From: an uncultured archaeon
Lineage (GTDB): Archaea; Asgardarchaeota; Thorarchaeia; Thorarchaeales; Thorarchaeaceae
DNA: 57,059 nt
Direction of reading: 5' to 3'
Assembly: GCA_964473825.1 (NCBI GenBank)
Contig: CAYYQL010000016.1
Location: 1 to 57,059, forward strand
The notes below the pieces were generated by a model that saw only the letters and a program-made list of their open reading frames with translations, ran no database searches and was not told the origin of the DNA. Positions within the stretch are counted from its first letter, which is position 1. The number at the start of each line of letters is the position of its first letter. Of the stretch, positions 43,562-54,196 are shown piece by piece. The translations under genes were made by a program, and so were the position numbers.

Positions 43562-46500
43562 ATGGAGAGGAAAGCACGTTTGAAAGTGAAGCATGCCCTA
43601 GTACTGGTTGTATCTCTGCTGATGATTGGAATGCTGATTCGTCCAGCGGATATATCTATGAGTAATCCTCGTGAGGAATCGTCGTCTTTGACTGTGGAAA
43701 CCCTCGAAAAGATTCAGAATGTTTCTGATGAACCTGATTCAGCAGGAAACATGCTCATCAATGTCAATGAGAATCCAAGTTTCGAGTACTGGGCTGGAGA
43801 TATGCCGGCGGATTATGATAATGCATTTGCGTCATCATATCGTGACGCGGATTTTGACTATGCTGGCCCGGGAGTCACTGGTAGTTATGGGGTTTTGGTT
43901 GAGTGTGAAGCTTCAACCACATCAAGTGCACTAGGAAGTGTAGATTCTAGCATCCCGTTGTCGCCTGTTCCTTTGGTTGAACCCGGAATCTCTCTGACCT
44001 TTGACTGGAATACTCTACAGAATCCGGTGCTTGATGATGGCGGATATATGTATGTCGAAGTTCAGACATGGGACGGAGGCTCCGCGTATCGCAACTTCTA
44101 CTACTACCTCTCAAGAGCTGCTATCTCCGGGTCAAATGGAACATACGATGCAGGATTCTATCTCAATGATACGATAAATGAGTGGCATTCCTTCAATCGG
44201 AACATAACAGCAGATTATGTTGCAGTCTGGGGCGCTGGCGACCTTTCCAGTAGTCAATATGTCGTCTTGGTCCGGCTTCGAACCTATAGCCCCGCCGCTA
44301 CAAATGGCGTAATCAAAGCCGCCTTTGATAATGTAGTTTTGACAAACGGCAGCTATTCTGATTGGATAGGCAACGGTGACTTTGAAACAGGAGATTCGAC
44401 TTCATGGACTTATGCTGACGGTTCAAAGGGATACTTAGAGCAGAGTACTGATAGTACCCACGAAACCTACTCAATGAACATAAGCGTACCTGAGATTACG
44501 GCTGGTGGTGGTAGTGTATACCTCTACAGATCCTTGGATTATCCTGGTGGGTACTTTGCATCTGCTCTTGGGATGATGTACGTTGACATAGACTGGAAAT
44601 ACAATGACTCATCATTGGGTGGGGGAAGTCAATCTGCCTATCTTGAGTTGAGGTTCATCAATGAAACATCTTACTACCATATCTATCTCTACTTCGGTAC
44701 TCAGGATAATATGCTGCATCCAACAAACTCTACAAACCACCTCTATTTCGAAATCCCTGGATTTGGGACCAAGGATATCTGGCAAAACTCACGTTTTGAC
44801 GTCTATGATTACTTGGACTCTGCTGGGTTCTACAATGTCTCTTTGAATCATGTTTCGTTCCGCTTGGCAAATTTCGCTCCCGGCGCATCGGTATTTCTGC
44901 TTGTCGACGACTTCCAAATCACAACCTATCCACTGGGAGACCCTGGGTTTGAGGAAGACTGGTACATGGACTCAGATACACCATTTGCGGGTTGGGACCA
45001 GTACAATGGCAACCTAGAAAACATCCGGAGGACTACTGATGCACTGCAGGGAAACTATGCCTGCAACCTCACAGGGACATATCTGAACACAGTAGGTATT
45101 GTTCGTTATGAGAACATACCAGTACATCCCAGTGACCTAACGAATTTCTCATGGCGTCTTGATGAAATAGGGGATGATAGTGCCTGGGCATACATACGAA
45201 TCCGCTACACAGATAACAATTACATCAACTATCTTCTAGGAGCCGGTTCTGACCATGGTTTTAGTAATGGTAGTACATCCTGCACAATATATGCTGAATT
45301 CTTCAATACTACAGGATCATGGAATCTCTTTCGACGCAATCTCACTGCAGATTACGAGGAGGCATTTGGACCATCTTCAAATCTCGTAATTGACGAGATT
45401 GTTCTACGCATTTCGGTATCGACAAACGACGGTCTCACAATCCTCTTCGACGAGATGCACTTTGTTGACGGAGCTCCGCCCGTCATCGATGGTGTTTCAT
45501 TCCTACCATCTTCTCCGATGTACTATGATTCCGTGCAGGTTGACATCTACGCACACGATGATCGAACTGGCATCGGAGAGGCGTACGTCGATTACCACAA
45601 TGGAACAGGATGGAATAAACTCCCAGCGACTGATATGGGCAGTTCCTATGCAGCTGTCATTCCTGCACTTCCCTATGGGACCACCATTCTCTTCGAAGTG
45701 ACTGCCATGGATGTTGTAGGCCTAAGCATCACGGACGACAATGGAGGCCTCTGGTACTCCTACACAGTTGGTGATGACGTTGAACCAACGGTCACCATGG
45801 ACTCTCCCGACAATATGACGGAATGGGAGGGATTTGCACTCTTCCAAGCCACTGCTGATGATGCGGGATCCGGGATAGATTATGTGGAATTCCTGTTGGG
45901 TGCGTCACTCATGGCGATAGACTCTGAGGCTCCGTACTCTTCCCCATTGAACCTGAACCTGTTGCCTCTTGGACAGCACACTATAACCGCTGTGGCACAC
46001 GATGCGGCTGGCAATACAGCAAATGATTCTGTGAGCATCATCGTGGTGGACAATACACCGCCAAGCATTGACTCTCCTGCAGACATAGAGTTTGATGAAG
46101 GTGATATGGGTCACTTTGTTGTATGGGATCCCTCTGATCACCGTCCTGCAACCTATGAGGTGTATCTGGACGATATCCTAACATTCTCGGGTGTCTGGAA
46201 CTCTTCATCAGAGAAAGTGAACATCTCTCTCGATGAGTTGGCAGTCGGTGTCCGCAACTACACCCTTCTTGTGACAGATGATGGTTCTAACGTGAACACC
46301 GATACGGTCATTGTGACTGTGACTGACGGTGCAGTTCCGAGTATCGATTCTCCTGAGGATATCGAATGCGATGAGTTCTCTACAGGGCACTCAATAACAT
46401 GGTCCCCTGCTGATCTCAATCCAATGAGCTATACTATCTACAGGAATGGAAGTCTGTTGCGGTCTGGACCCTGGAACTCCAGTGCTGAAACCATCACGGT

Positions 46501-47050
46501 ATCAGTGGATGGTCTTGGGCTTGGAGTGTACAACTATACGATCGTCGTGACTGATGTTGGCTCCAACACTGCCACCAATGAAGTCTGGGTAGTTGTACTG
46601 GACGGTACACCACCAACAATCGACAACCCCTCCAATGTGGAGTATACCGAGGGAGATACTGGCAATGAGATTGAGTGGAACCCCTACGACCTTCATCCTT
46701 TGAGCTATGAGATACTGCAGAACGGCACATCTCTGGCCTCTGGTGTCTGGGAGAATGGCTCTGAGCCCGTCTCTCTCTCCGTCGACGGTCTGGATGCAGG
46801 TACCTACAATTTTACCATCGTGGTGGAAGATGTGGGTGGGAATACGGCATCTGATACGGTCATTGTGACAGTCAACGCTGCGACAACAACCAGCACAAGT
46901 ACAACGACAACGACTGCGACTACAACCACGGCCACCACAACTTCTCCGCCTCCTGAGGAAGTTTCGCCGATGATGATACTGATTGTGGGTGTTCTTGGTG
47001 TGGCTGCGATCATCGTCATCATTGCTATGATGCGAAGACGAGGTAGTTAG
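43562..47050 (+). CDS. Large cell-surface glycoprotein: three jelly-roll/CBM-like modules, Ig-like domains, Thr linker, C-terminal TM
   Basis: Signal-like N-terminus; NPSFE, NGDFE and DPGFE module starts; three D..PP.IDSP.D.E..EG-type repeats; Thr-rich linker, hydrophobic helix, RRRGS. Confidence 0.85.
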   Translation: MERKARLKVKHALVLVVSLLMIGMLIRPADISMSNPREESSSLTVETLEKIQNVSDEPDSAGNMLINVNENPSFEYWAGDMPADYDNAFASSYRDADFDYAGPGVTGSYGVLVECEASTTSSALGSVDSSIPLSPVPLVEPGISLTFDWNTLQNPVLDDGGYMYVEVQTWDGGSAYRNFYYYLSRAAISGSNGTYDAGFYLNDTINEWHSFNRNITADYVAVWGAGDLSSSQYVVLVRLRTYSPAATNGVIKAAFDNVVLTNGSYSDWIGNGDFETGDSTSWTYADGSKGYLEQSTDSTHETYSMNISVPEITAGGGSVYLYRSLDYPGGYFASALGMMYVDIDWKYNDSSLGGGSQSAYLELRFINETSYYHIYLYFGTQDNMLHPTNSTNHLYFEIPGFGTKDIWQNSRFDVYDYLDSAGFYNVSLNHVSFRLANFAPGASVFLLVDDFQITTYPLGDPGFEEDWYMDSDTPFAGWDQYNGNLENIRRTTDALQGNYACNLTGTYLNTVGIVRYENIPVHPSDLTNFSWRLDEIGDDSAWAYIRIRYTDNNYINYLLGAGSDHGFSNGSTSCTIYAEFFNTTGSWNLFRRNLTADYEEAFGPSSNLVIDEIVLRISVSTNDGLTILFDEMHFVDGAPPVIDGVSFLPSSPMYYDSVQVDIYAHDDRTGIGEAYVDYHNGTGWNKLPATDMGSSYAAVIPALPYGTTILFEVTAMDVVGLSITDDNGGLWYSYTVGDDVEPTVTMDSPDNMTEWEGFALFQATADDAGSGIDYVEFLLGASLMAIDSEAPYSSPLNLNLLPLGQHTITAVAHDAAGNTANDSVSIIVVDNTPPSIDSPADIEFDEGDMGHFVVWDPSDHRPATYEVYLDDILTFSGVWNSSSEKVNISLDELAVGVRNYTLLVTDDGSNVNTDTVIVTVTDGAVPSIDSPEDIECDEFSTGHSITWSPADLNPMSYTIYRNGSLLRSGPWNSSAETITVSVDGLGLGVYNYTIVVTDVGSNTATNEVWVVVLDGTPPTIDNPSNVEYTEGDTGNEIEWNPYDLHPLSYEILQNGTSLASGVWENGSEPVSLSVDGLDAGTYNFTIVVEDVGGNTASDTVIVTVNAATTTSTSTTTTTATTTTATTTSPPPEEVSPMMILIVGVLGVAAIIVIIAMMRRRGS

Positions 47051-47373
47051 CATTCTTGAAGGGATTCCACATAGACTGAAGATGAAGGGGTTCGAATATG
47101 ACCAATGTCAATGAGTGAGGGAGCTTGGATCTTTCTCACTCATCCATATTCTGGTCCATTCATGTGTCTTGCATCTAGGAGACGAATCGACCAGATGACT
47201 GCCTATGGTTTGCAGAACTACCATGTTCCCAGAGAGTCCTAGGACTGTTCCTACTGTCACTTGGTGTCGAAGTATGGAGCTGCCTCTCAAAGGATGTAGC
47301 GGGAAGAATAGTCTCGGAAACGACTATTCTGAGGGAGTTAATATACCCACATGGGGAACGATGTTAGGGAGAT

Positions 47374-48948
47374 ATGGTGGTCGATGCCCGAATTGCAGAG
47401 CTTGTTTTGCATCGAGAATACGGCAGGCTGAGAAAATATGCTCAGGAATACTTGAAGACCAGTGACTGGCCTAGCCTCTTGAAGGATATCGGACAGGCTG
47501 ATTCTCGTGGGAGGGGCAGAGATGCAGTGGTTTCCCTCTTGGAACTCGAGGCGGTTGGAGGAACGGACTCGTATCTGTTCAAGAAGTTCTCGGACCTTGA
47601 GGGGTCATCTCTCCAGCAAGTGCAAGCAAATGCAGTCGAGCGCGTTATCGATATTCTCAAGGAGCAGATAGAGAACAGGCACACGTACTTTCTCGATCTA
47701 GAGGCAATGGTGGAAACCCCCTATATCATCATGGCAAAGGAGATTCTTGACGCAAGACAGAGCGAGCTGGCTGAGCTGGGTAATAGTCCATCACGGATCG
47801 ACGTGCTGGGCACCTTCTACGGTTTCATGATACTCATGGCTGATGGTTCACGACCTTGTGTCGATTCAACAGGGCAACAGGGGAGGTATAGATATCGATA
47901 TTGGGGACGAAGAACCTGGCTTGATGAGAAGATCACTGACTCGGCAGCAGATGCTGTGAGGGCAATCACTCGAGAGTTTGCAGAAGAGGTGGAGATGGAC
48001 AAGTCGTATCTTACTCTTGGAAGCAGCCGGGTCTTCAAGAGTAGATGTACACCCATAACAGCCCGCATTCTGGCCAACGCCGTTCGTATCGCTCTCTACA
48101 AAGCCCCGGGGAACCGTGGGGCGGCTGCGGCTGCCTTGGGTGCTACTGAGGACTCAAGGTCGCTGCCTTTTCTGCATCACACTCTCGGTGTCGAGAAGAA
48201 CAGGAGAGTTCGAATGCGTATCGTTAAGGCTCTGGGGAAGGTGGGTCACGATGACTCATTGGCTCTTCTGAGGGATAACGTGGAATTCTCACGGAGAAGC
48301 ATCACCAAATACAACCGGGCCATAATCAGTTCCATTGGAGGCATCTACTCGAAAAAGGCCGAAGAAGTCCTCATTGACATCATTGAGAAAGGAGGCAACA
48401 CCATGAAAGCAGCAGCAATCCGTGCTCTCGGTTCACAGGCTCGAAACGGGTTGTTGGAACGCATCGCTCCGTTTCTGACACATAGGAGTCGCCCGGTTGT
48501 GAGAGCAGCCGTGTTAGTAGTGACGGATTTGGGCTGTACAGGGAACAAGGCGATTAAGGAGAACCTCTCGGTGATACTCAAGCGCATAGGTAACGACAAA
48601 TCCTCACAAAATGCAGTAGTCAAAGTACTCCGGATTCCCGGTGTAGGACAAGATGCATTTGTTCAGAGGTTCTTTGCCAAGAGGATTGACAAGCTCCGAG
48701 AAGACTTGGAGCGATATGAAGAACGTATGAAGTCCTCGTCATACACATGGTATCTAGGTCGGAGAATTGCAAGAACTCAGAGTTCCCTGAGGACTGTCCT
48801 ACGAATGGCCGGTGAATATCTCGAACCGCTATTCGAGCCGGATCTATTGCGTTCAGTGAAAAAGGTAATTGATGCGCTCCCCCATTGGGATAAGGGTGCT
48901 CTAGGTCAAGGCAGACTCATAGCGGCTGCAGCTGAAGAGTCCTGGTGA
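47374..48948 (+). CDS. HEAT-repeat (PBS lyase-like) protein
   Basis: RGAAAAALG, VRMRIVKALGKVG, MKAAAIRALG, VVRAAV helical repeats; GGGAG RBS. Confidence 0.75.
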   Translation: MVVDARIAELVLHREYGRLRKYAQEYLKTSDWPSLLKDIGQADSRGRGRDAVVSLLELEAVGGTDSYLFKKFSDLEGSSLQQVQANAVERVIDILKEQIENRHTYFLDLEAMVETPYIIMAKEILDARQSELAELGNSPSRIDVLGTFYGFMILMADGSRPCVDSTGQQGRYRYRYWGRRTWLDEKITDSAADAVRAITREFAEEVEMDKSYLTLGSSRVFKSRCTPITARILANAVRIALYKAPGNRGAAAAALGATEDSRSLPFLHHTLGVEKNRRVRMRIVKALGKVGHDDSLALLRDNVEFSRRSITKYNRAIISSIGGIYSKKAEEVLIDIIEKGGNTMKAAAIRALGSQARNGLLERIAPFLTHRSRPVVRAAVLVVTDLGCTGNKAIKENLSVILKRIGNDKSSQNAVVKVLRIPGVGQDAFVQRFFAKRIDKLREDLERYEERMKSSSYTWYLGRRIARTQSSLRTVLRMAGEYLEPLFEPDLLRSVKKVIDALPHWDKGALGQGRLIAAAAEESW

Positions 48949-49022
48949 TTGTACATCTCAGAGACCTGTTTCGACTGAGTATGCAACCACATCTTAGGCT
49001 CCTAGAGTGTATCCTTGTGTTC

Positions 49023-49075
49023 AAAAGAAAATGAGCGCAGGGGTGACCCAGACCGAGCTGGTAGCCACCACCTGC
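49023..49075 (-). terminator. Hairpin plus T-tract downstream of the subtilase
   Basis: Minus strand GCAGG(T)GGTGGC...GTCACCCCTGC, followed after a short spacer by TTTTCTTTT. Confidence 0.45.
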
Positions 49076-49091
49076 CTGTTTTGCGTTTGGT

Positions 49092-50132
49092 CTATCTCTG
49101 AATCAGGCCCCATCCGTAGGCTGGATCCCATCCTGATGGCCCTAGGTCTAATGCGGTGGTATGTAGGTAGCCCCGCATGGTGCTGTCATCGGTATCATCA
49201 AATGTACCGACCGGCATCTTTCCGTTGATTGCGATTATGAGCGCAACGAGCCCGGATACATGTGGGCATGCCATTGATGTGCCCGAGAGAGTATCATACC
49301 CTCCGCCCTTGTAGGTGCTGTAGATAGACACTCCTGGTGCTGCAAGCTCGAGATATGAACCTGTATTGGACCACGAGGCTATTGCATCATCCTTATCCGT
49401 AGCACCGACCGCAATCACCTCTTCATAGTAGGCTGGATAGGAGATCTCTTCGGTGCTCGGGTCTCCATCTCCTTCATTCCCTGCAGCTGCTACGAGTACA
49501 ATTCCAAGATTGTATGCATGTTTGATGGCATCATGCACTTCTGCTGGTGCTGAAGATGCTCCCAGACTCATGCTGATGACATCCGCGTCATCTTCTGTAC
49601 CTTCCACGCCATCAGGTCCCTCGCAGGAGAGATATATTGCTGTGATGAAATCGTTCCAATCTCCTCTTCCACCGGCACCAAGGACCTTGAGAGCATAGAT
49701 CTCAACATAGGCATACATCCCAACAACACCTGCATTGTCGCGTATTGCCCCGATGGTGCCCGCAACATGGGTGCCATGCCCATTCTTATCGTCAGGGTCA
49801 CCCTTTCCGGTGGCATCAACGGCCCACGCGATGTTCGGCTCAAGGTCGGGATGGTCTAGATCGATACCTGAGTCCAGTATCGCTACTTGGACTGGTGTGG
49901 TATACTGATCACCATCATAGTTTCCATTGAACACACGTTCAATACCCCAAGGGGTCTCAGGATCATCATCCTGCCATTCGTACGTTGTATCGTCGCCACC
50001 ACCTATCCAAGATGGGGGTCCTGGATACAATGTGAACCCCTCGTCCAGCGGTTCCGTTGTATTGAATACAAGCGGCACGAGCGGGACGACTAGGAAGAAT
50101 AGAATTACTGCGGCAAAAACCTTTGCTTTCAA
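49092..50132 (-). CDS. S8 subtilisin-like serine protease
   Basis: Triad ILDSG / HGTHVAG / GTSMACPHV; oxyanion AAAGN; N-terminal hydrophobic signal. Confidence 0.95.
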   Translation of the reverse strand: MKAKVFAAVILFFLVVPLVPLVFNTTEPLDEGFTLYPGPPSWIGGGDDTTYEWQDDDPETPWGIERVFNGNYDGDQYTTPVQVAILDSGIDLDHPDLEPNIAWAVDATGKGDPDDKNGHGTHVAGTIGAIRDNAGVVGMYAYVEIYALKVLGAGGRGDWNDFITAIYLSCEGPDGVEGTEDDADVISMSLGASSAPAEVHDAIKHAYNLGIVLVAAAGNEGDGDPSTEEISYPAYYEEVIAVGATDKDDAIASWSNTGSYLELAAPGVSIYSTYKGGGYDTLSGTSMACPHVSGLVALIIAINGKMPVGTFDDTDDSTMRGYLHTTALDLGPSGWDPAYGWGLIQR

Positions 50133-50314
50133 CTTTCAGTCTCCTGTCTTGGCGAATTCCAAGAATTCATTTTTCAAGACACAACTCGGAAAGAACCCTG
50201 CGATATAAATGTTGGGTAGAAATATAAGAAAGGACTAATTTTCTATATAAACTATTCAGCCTGGTTTGTGGATGCAAGGGGAATTCGTAGAAACTGTGTA
50301 CAAAGAACTGAGAA

Positions 50315-50361
50315 ACAGAAAGAAAGAGTATAGGCACGAGAGACAAAGACTTCTCTCGTGC
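50315..50361 (-). terminator. 10-bp hairpin plus T-rich tract downstream of the PLC-like gene
   Basis: GCACGAGAGA (50334-50343) pairs with TCTCTCGTGC (50352-50361); minus strand continues CTATACTCTTTCTTTCTG. Confidence 0.6.
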
Positions 50362-50369
50362 AATTCTAG

Positions 50370-51680
50370 TTATACTTCGTAGGAGTCAGTGGTCTCCACG
50401 TTCAGGGATGAGTCGTAGACCCAGTCCGTCTTGACAACATCGACAACCGTCACTGTATGCGTTCCCGACTGCACACCTTGCTGCACAAATGAGGCAACGC
50501 CACTAGCATCGGTCGTGGCTGTCAGGGTTATCACGGTCCCGTCGGGATGAGCCCAATCAATCGTGACTTCTGCACCATCGACAGGGTTTCCTGAGGTATC
50601 GAGGATAGTGACGAAGCATTCCAGATCCGTTCGAGGATATCTCCCTCTTACGATACTCTTCTCCCAAGAGATGTCAGACACATACATAGTGCCAGGTTCT
50701 GAAGGCTCTCCTCCGCCATCGTCAGTGACTCCTGCCTCGGTAGAGGCGTGGTAGATGATTCTTCCGATTGAGCTAGCGCCGAGCTGCATGACCTCAACAT
50801 TCCAGGCATAGAGCTGATCAGTTGTTCCCTCCACAGTGATCCCGTGATGGGTCGTGCAGATCTTGTTTGTGAAGCCATAGACAATCTCTTCTAGAAACTC
50901 CTGATAGTGGTCCCCTACGTCCTGCCCCTCGTATCCAGTGGTTCTACCAGTTCTGTCTGCGCCCATATTGGCGAATTCGGCACACCACAAGGCCTCGTCG
51001 TGTGCATTGTCGTTTTGAAGTGGCTGGGTGACATCTGGTCGGATTGCATTGAACTCGTATTCGTAGGCTTCAAGAGCTCGGTCAGTGGCCTTCTCGTGGC
51101 AGCTGTGATAGCTCATACGATACATGTAGTTTCCAATTCGCCCCGAGTAATCCTCGTGCTCCTTGCCTGAGTCGGTTGCATCATCGTCAGTATGCATCGG
51201 ATTGGACAAGTCCGACAAATAGTGTACCAGTAGGCCCATGGATTTTCGTGCATCAGATGCATATTCTGAACCTGCCGGCTGCCCATGCCCAACCCACAAC
51301 GTTAGATTACCAACTGTCCAGTCATAGCAGTTCTGTACGGCCTGTGGGCCACCCCTGTCTGGCGGGCCGCCGCAATATCCGTAGTCACCGAAGTCGTAGT
51401 TGTGATTGGTCCAGTCCTGGTAGACCATATCGGGTACTTCCGTCCAGTAGTAGTATTCAGCCAAGTCTTCCTCCAACCATGTGACCAGGTGGGGGAAGTC
51501 TTGTTTCACATAGGTCATTCCATATTTGGCGAACTGATCGTGTGTTCCGTAGTCAGGATCACTCTCACTGTTGCTTTTCCCGCCATTACTCCATGCAGTA
51601 CAGCTGTCAATGCCAACAACCATAGCACAGAGAAAGAGCGCGATAACAAACAGTACGTTCCTTTTCACTTTATACGCCAT
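50370..51680 (-). CDS. Secreted Zn-dependent phospholipase C / S1-P1 nuclease-fold protein with C-terminal Ig-like domain
   Basis: Signal peptide ending TA|W; W...GTH, PD, HYLSDLSNPMH, HSCHE metal ligands; C-terminal beta-sandwich (GNPVDGAEVT...TTDASG). Confidence 0.78.
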   Translation of the reverse strand: MAYKVKRNVLFVIALFLCAMVVGIDSCTAWSNGGKSNSESDPDYGTHDQFAKYGMTYVKQDFPHLVTWLEEDLAEYYYWTEVPDMVYQDWTNHNYDFGDYGYCGGPPDRGGPQAVQNCYDWTVGNLTLWVGHGQPAGSEYASDARKSMGLLVHYLSDLSNPMHTDDDATDSGKEHEDYSGRIGNYMYRMSYHSCHEKATDRALEAYEYEFNAIRPDVTQPLQNDNAHDEALWCAEFANMGADRTGRTTGYEGQDVGDHYQEFLEEIVYGFTNKICTTHHGITVEGTTDQLYAWNVEVMQLGASSIGRIIYHASTEAGVTDDGGGEPSEPGTMYVSDISWEKSIVRGRYPRTDLECFVTILDTSGNPVDGAEVTIDWAHPDGTVITLTATTDASGVASFVQQGVQSGTHTVTVVDVVKTDWVYDSSLNVETTDSYEV

Positions 51681-51806
51681 ACCGTTTCTCTCCAGAGATG
51701 TTGTTCTGGCTAGACGGTGGGTGGAATATTAATCTGCTGGCCTCAAGTTTTATAACCCATTCTAACAAGTGTATACTGTAGATTTGAACCGTTAAGGAAT
51801 GAATGA

Positions 51807-52370
51807 ATGATGAATAAGAAGGCTGGTATAGTTCTGGTTATTGTTGTTGCCGCGTTGGTGATTCTGCCGATCGCCATGTACGGAACGAACGTAGATGTTG
51901 CACAGGTGTCCCTCGGGCTATCAGTGTCCTCACCCTTGTCCACCGCATCGCTTTCGGATGTTGATTCGAAGCAGGCTCCTGTATTCAACGTAGGGTTGAC
52001 AGATGTGGAGGTAGATGTCACCTCGATGAACCCGTACGAGTACATGTTGGCGAGGAATACTGGAAGGACTCAAGTGAGCGGAGACGACGATCAAGAGGGA
52101 GCCATTGTTGAGATTACTATAACCTTCAATCTTACAACGCCGGCAAACACGAGTCTGGTCTTTGTTCTAACTCCGGGCAGCCTGAGAGGGACGGGTGCTA
52201 AAGAAGTCATCACGCTTCTTGGTCCAGAGGATGGACTCACGACAGGTGGCGAGTTTCACCTGACTATCACTATCGCTGTCAAAGTCACTCCTCCCGGCTT
52301 TGATAACCCCGTTGTGGACCTCACTCTTGAACCAGTAAGCAGGACCTTCACCGTACCACAGAGTGGCTGA
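51807..52370 (+). CDS. Hypothetical membrane-anchored beta-rich protein
   Basis: MMNKKAG followed by a hydrophobic helix; alternating beta-strand pattern. Confidence 0.65.
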   Translation: MMNKKAGIVLVIVVAALVILPIAMYGTNVDVAQVSLGLSVSSPLSTASLSDVDSKQAPVFNVGLTDVEVDVTSMNPYEYMLARNTGRTQVSGDDDQEGAIVEITITFNLTTPANTSLVFVLTPGSLRGTGAKEVITLLGPEDGLTTGGEFHLTITIAVKVTPPGFDNPVVDLTLEPVSRTFTVPQSG

Positions 52371-52514
52371 GAACGTCACGAGATTACTGATGACTCCGTA
52401 GGTGGTCATTCAGTTTCAATAAGGAGGGGGGATTCGACCTTCAGCATTGGGTACATTATGAAGCTGCCTCTCAAAGAATTTATATCACATTCTGCTCAAC
52501 TCTATCTGATTCCT

Positions 52515-53009
52515 ATGAGAAAAACTACAGTGTTAATCCGTTCTGTTATGACCCTCATGCTGTGTGTGGGTCTAATCACGATCCTGCCTGTAGTTTCTGC
52601 CTCTACAGCTACAACGCAAAGCACCAACGAACAGGTCTCCATCACGCTTGAGATCACTGACGCATACTACTGTGATGCAGATGATGATGGGCTAGAAGAC
52701 GATGTGGTCGGATTCTTCGACATTTCGTTATCGGGCCAGCAACGTTACACATTTGATGTGTATCTCTCTCTAACCCTTCCGTCGGGCACAGTATATTCAT
52801 ACGCGTATGTGGTGAATACTCGCCTGGACTTGCTGCACTGCGTGATGTACTTCTACAATCATGCTACGGAGAGTGGGGACTACACCTTCTCGGTCGAGAT
52901 CGTTTCCTACACCGGGGGAGTTGCATACTGTGCAGCAGAGTACACCTTTGATCCACCTGGTGGCTCGGGCGATGCGGACCCCTGTGGGTCTTTGGTTGTT
53001 ATGGCATAA
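52515..53009 (+). CDS. Hypothetical secreted protein
   Basis: Signal-like MRKTTVLIRSVMTLMLCVGLITILPVVSA; acidic loop DADDDGLEDD; FDPPGG. Confidence 0.65.
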   Translation: MRKTTVLIRSVMTLMLCVGLITILPVVSASTATTQSTNEQVSITLEITDAYYCDADDDGLEDDVVGFFDISLSGQQRYTFDVYLSLTLPSGTVYSYAYVVNTRLDLLHCVMYFYNHATESGDYTFSVEIVSYTGGVAYCAAEYTFDPPGGSGDADPCGSLVVMA

Positions 53010-53098
53010 CGGAGAGACCAAACAGACTTCGAGATTTGTAATGAACAACTGATGTGACTATATGACAAGTAGGCCTCTGGTGGTGATGAGCTCTGACA

Positions 53099-54196
53099 TT
53101 GAGTGAGCTTGATCTCAGAATACTGCAGATTCTTGAGTTCAGCCCTACGATACCAGTGAAGCAACTCGCTGAGAATGTTGGAACGAGCTGGATCACTGCA
53201 AATAGACATATCGAACACCTGAGAGAGTCCGGTATTCTATCGAACTCCTACGCAGTCTTTGACCCAGGCCGCCTTGGTCTTGTTCGACACGTCGTGTTCT
53301 TCACCGCTTCATCTGAGACACAAGTGGAGAAGTTAGAGATGGCTTGCGATCTTCATCCATATACACACTACAGAGCCAGGATCTACGGTCCGTCTACTGG
53401 CCTCTTCACGCAATTCGACATACCTCTCTCAGGGACCCAACACCTCTCTGAGTTTCTGGAGGCTCTTCAGGATCTCGGTTTCTCTAGCGATGTGCAAGAT
53501 ATCCCGAGCACAGGTCATAGAGTGTCAACTCCTGCCAATCTTGAGAGGTTCGACTCTCAGAACCAGTCATGGAACTACGATTGGAACCAATGGCCGAATA
53601 TCATTGATAGCTGTACCACAGAGATTGAAACTCCTGAACAAGACCTTCAAACACCTGAACTCAGCTCAGTTGAACTGGGTGTACTGAGAGACCTGACCTC
53701 GAATGCGGACATCTCTCAGCGCGAGATACAGGAGAAGTATTCAGTCTCACAGAGCACAGCAAGCAGGAAGATGGCATTGGTAGAAGAGCAGTTCATTGAG
53801 TCTATCCGTGCCAGGATTGATCGCTCACGATTCGATGTCACTTCCACAAAGCTCTTCTTCAGCACACAGGCCGAACAAGGTGCCCGAGAGAAACTATTCA
53901 ATGCTCTTCAAAGAGAGGATGCACCCCCATTTCCTCTGTCCATCGATCTCTTGGATGAAGGTGCACTTCTATTATGGGGACGAATGCCTCCCACTCACGA
54001 GCACAATCTCTTCTATGCACTCTGGAGATATCTGCCCGAAATCAGAGTCTTCACCATGGATACGGTTGGGAATCACAGCTCGCTCTACTGGTTCTATCCT
54101 GAGAACTATGATTTGGACAGGAACAGCTGGAAAGTCAGCAAAGAGTGGATGGTCACAATACCGCTTGATTCACTGAAGCGGAAATACCCCAACTAG
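53099..54196 (+). CDS. Lrp/AsnC-type transcriptional regulator with two wHTH domains
   Basis: LDLRILQIL...VKQLAENVG.S..TANRHIEHLRESGI and VELGVLRDL..NADISQREIQ...SQSTASRK; TTG start after GGTGGTGA. Confidence 0.8.
   Translation: MSELDLRILQILEFSPTIPVKQLAENVGTSWITANRHIEHLRESGILSNSYAVFDPGRLGLVRHVVFFTASSETQVEKLEMACDLHPYTHYRARIYGPSTGLFTQFDIPLSGTQHLSEFLEALQDLGFSSDVQDIPSTGHRVSTPANLERFDSQNQSWNYDWNQWPNIIDSCTTEIETPEQDLQTPELSSVELGVLRDLTSNADISQREIQEKYSVSQSTASRKMALVEEQFIESIRARIDRSRFDVTSTKLFFSTQAEQGAREKLFNALQREDAPPFPLSIDLLDEGALLLWGRMPPTHEHNLFYALWRYLPEIRVFTMDTVGNHSSLYWFYPENYDLDRNSWKVSKEWMVTIPLDSLKRKYPN

Noticed and set aside
47080-47100. GGTTCGAAT resembling a tRNA T-loop (similar GATTCGAC near 52431)
   Set aside because: No cloverleaf stems around either site
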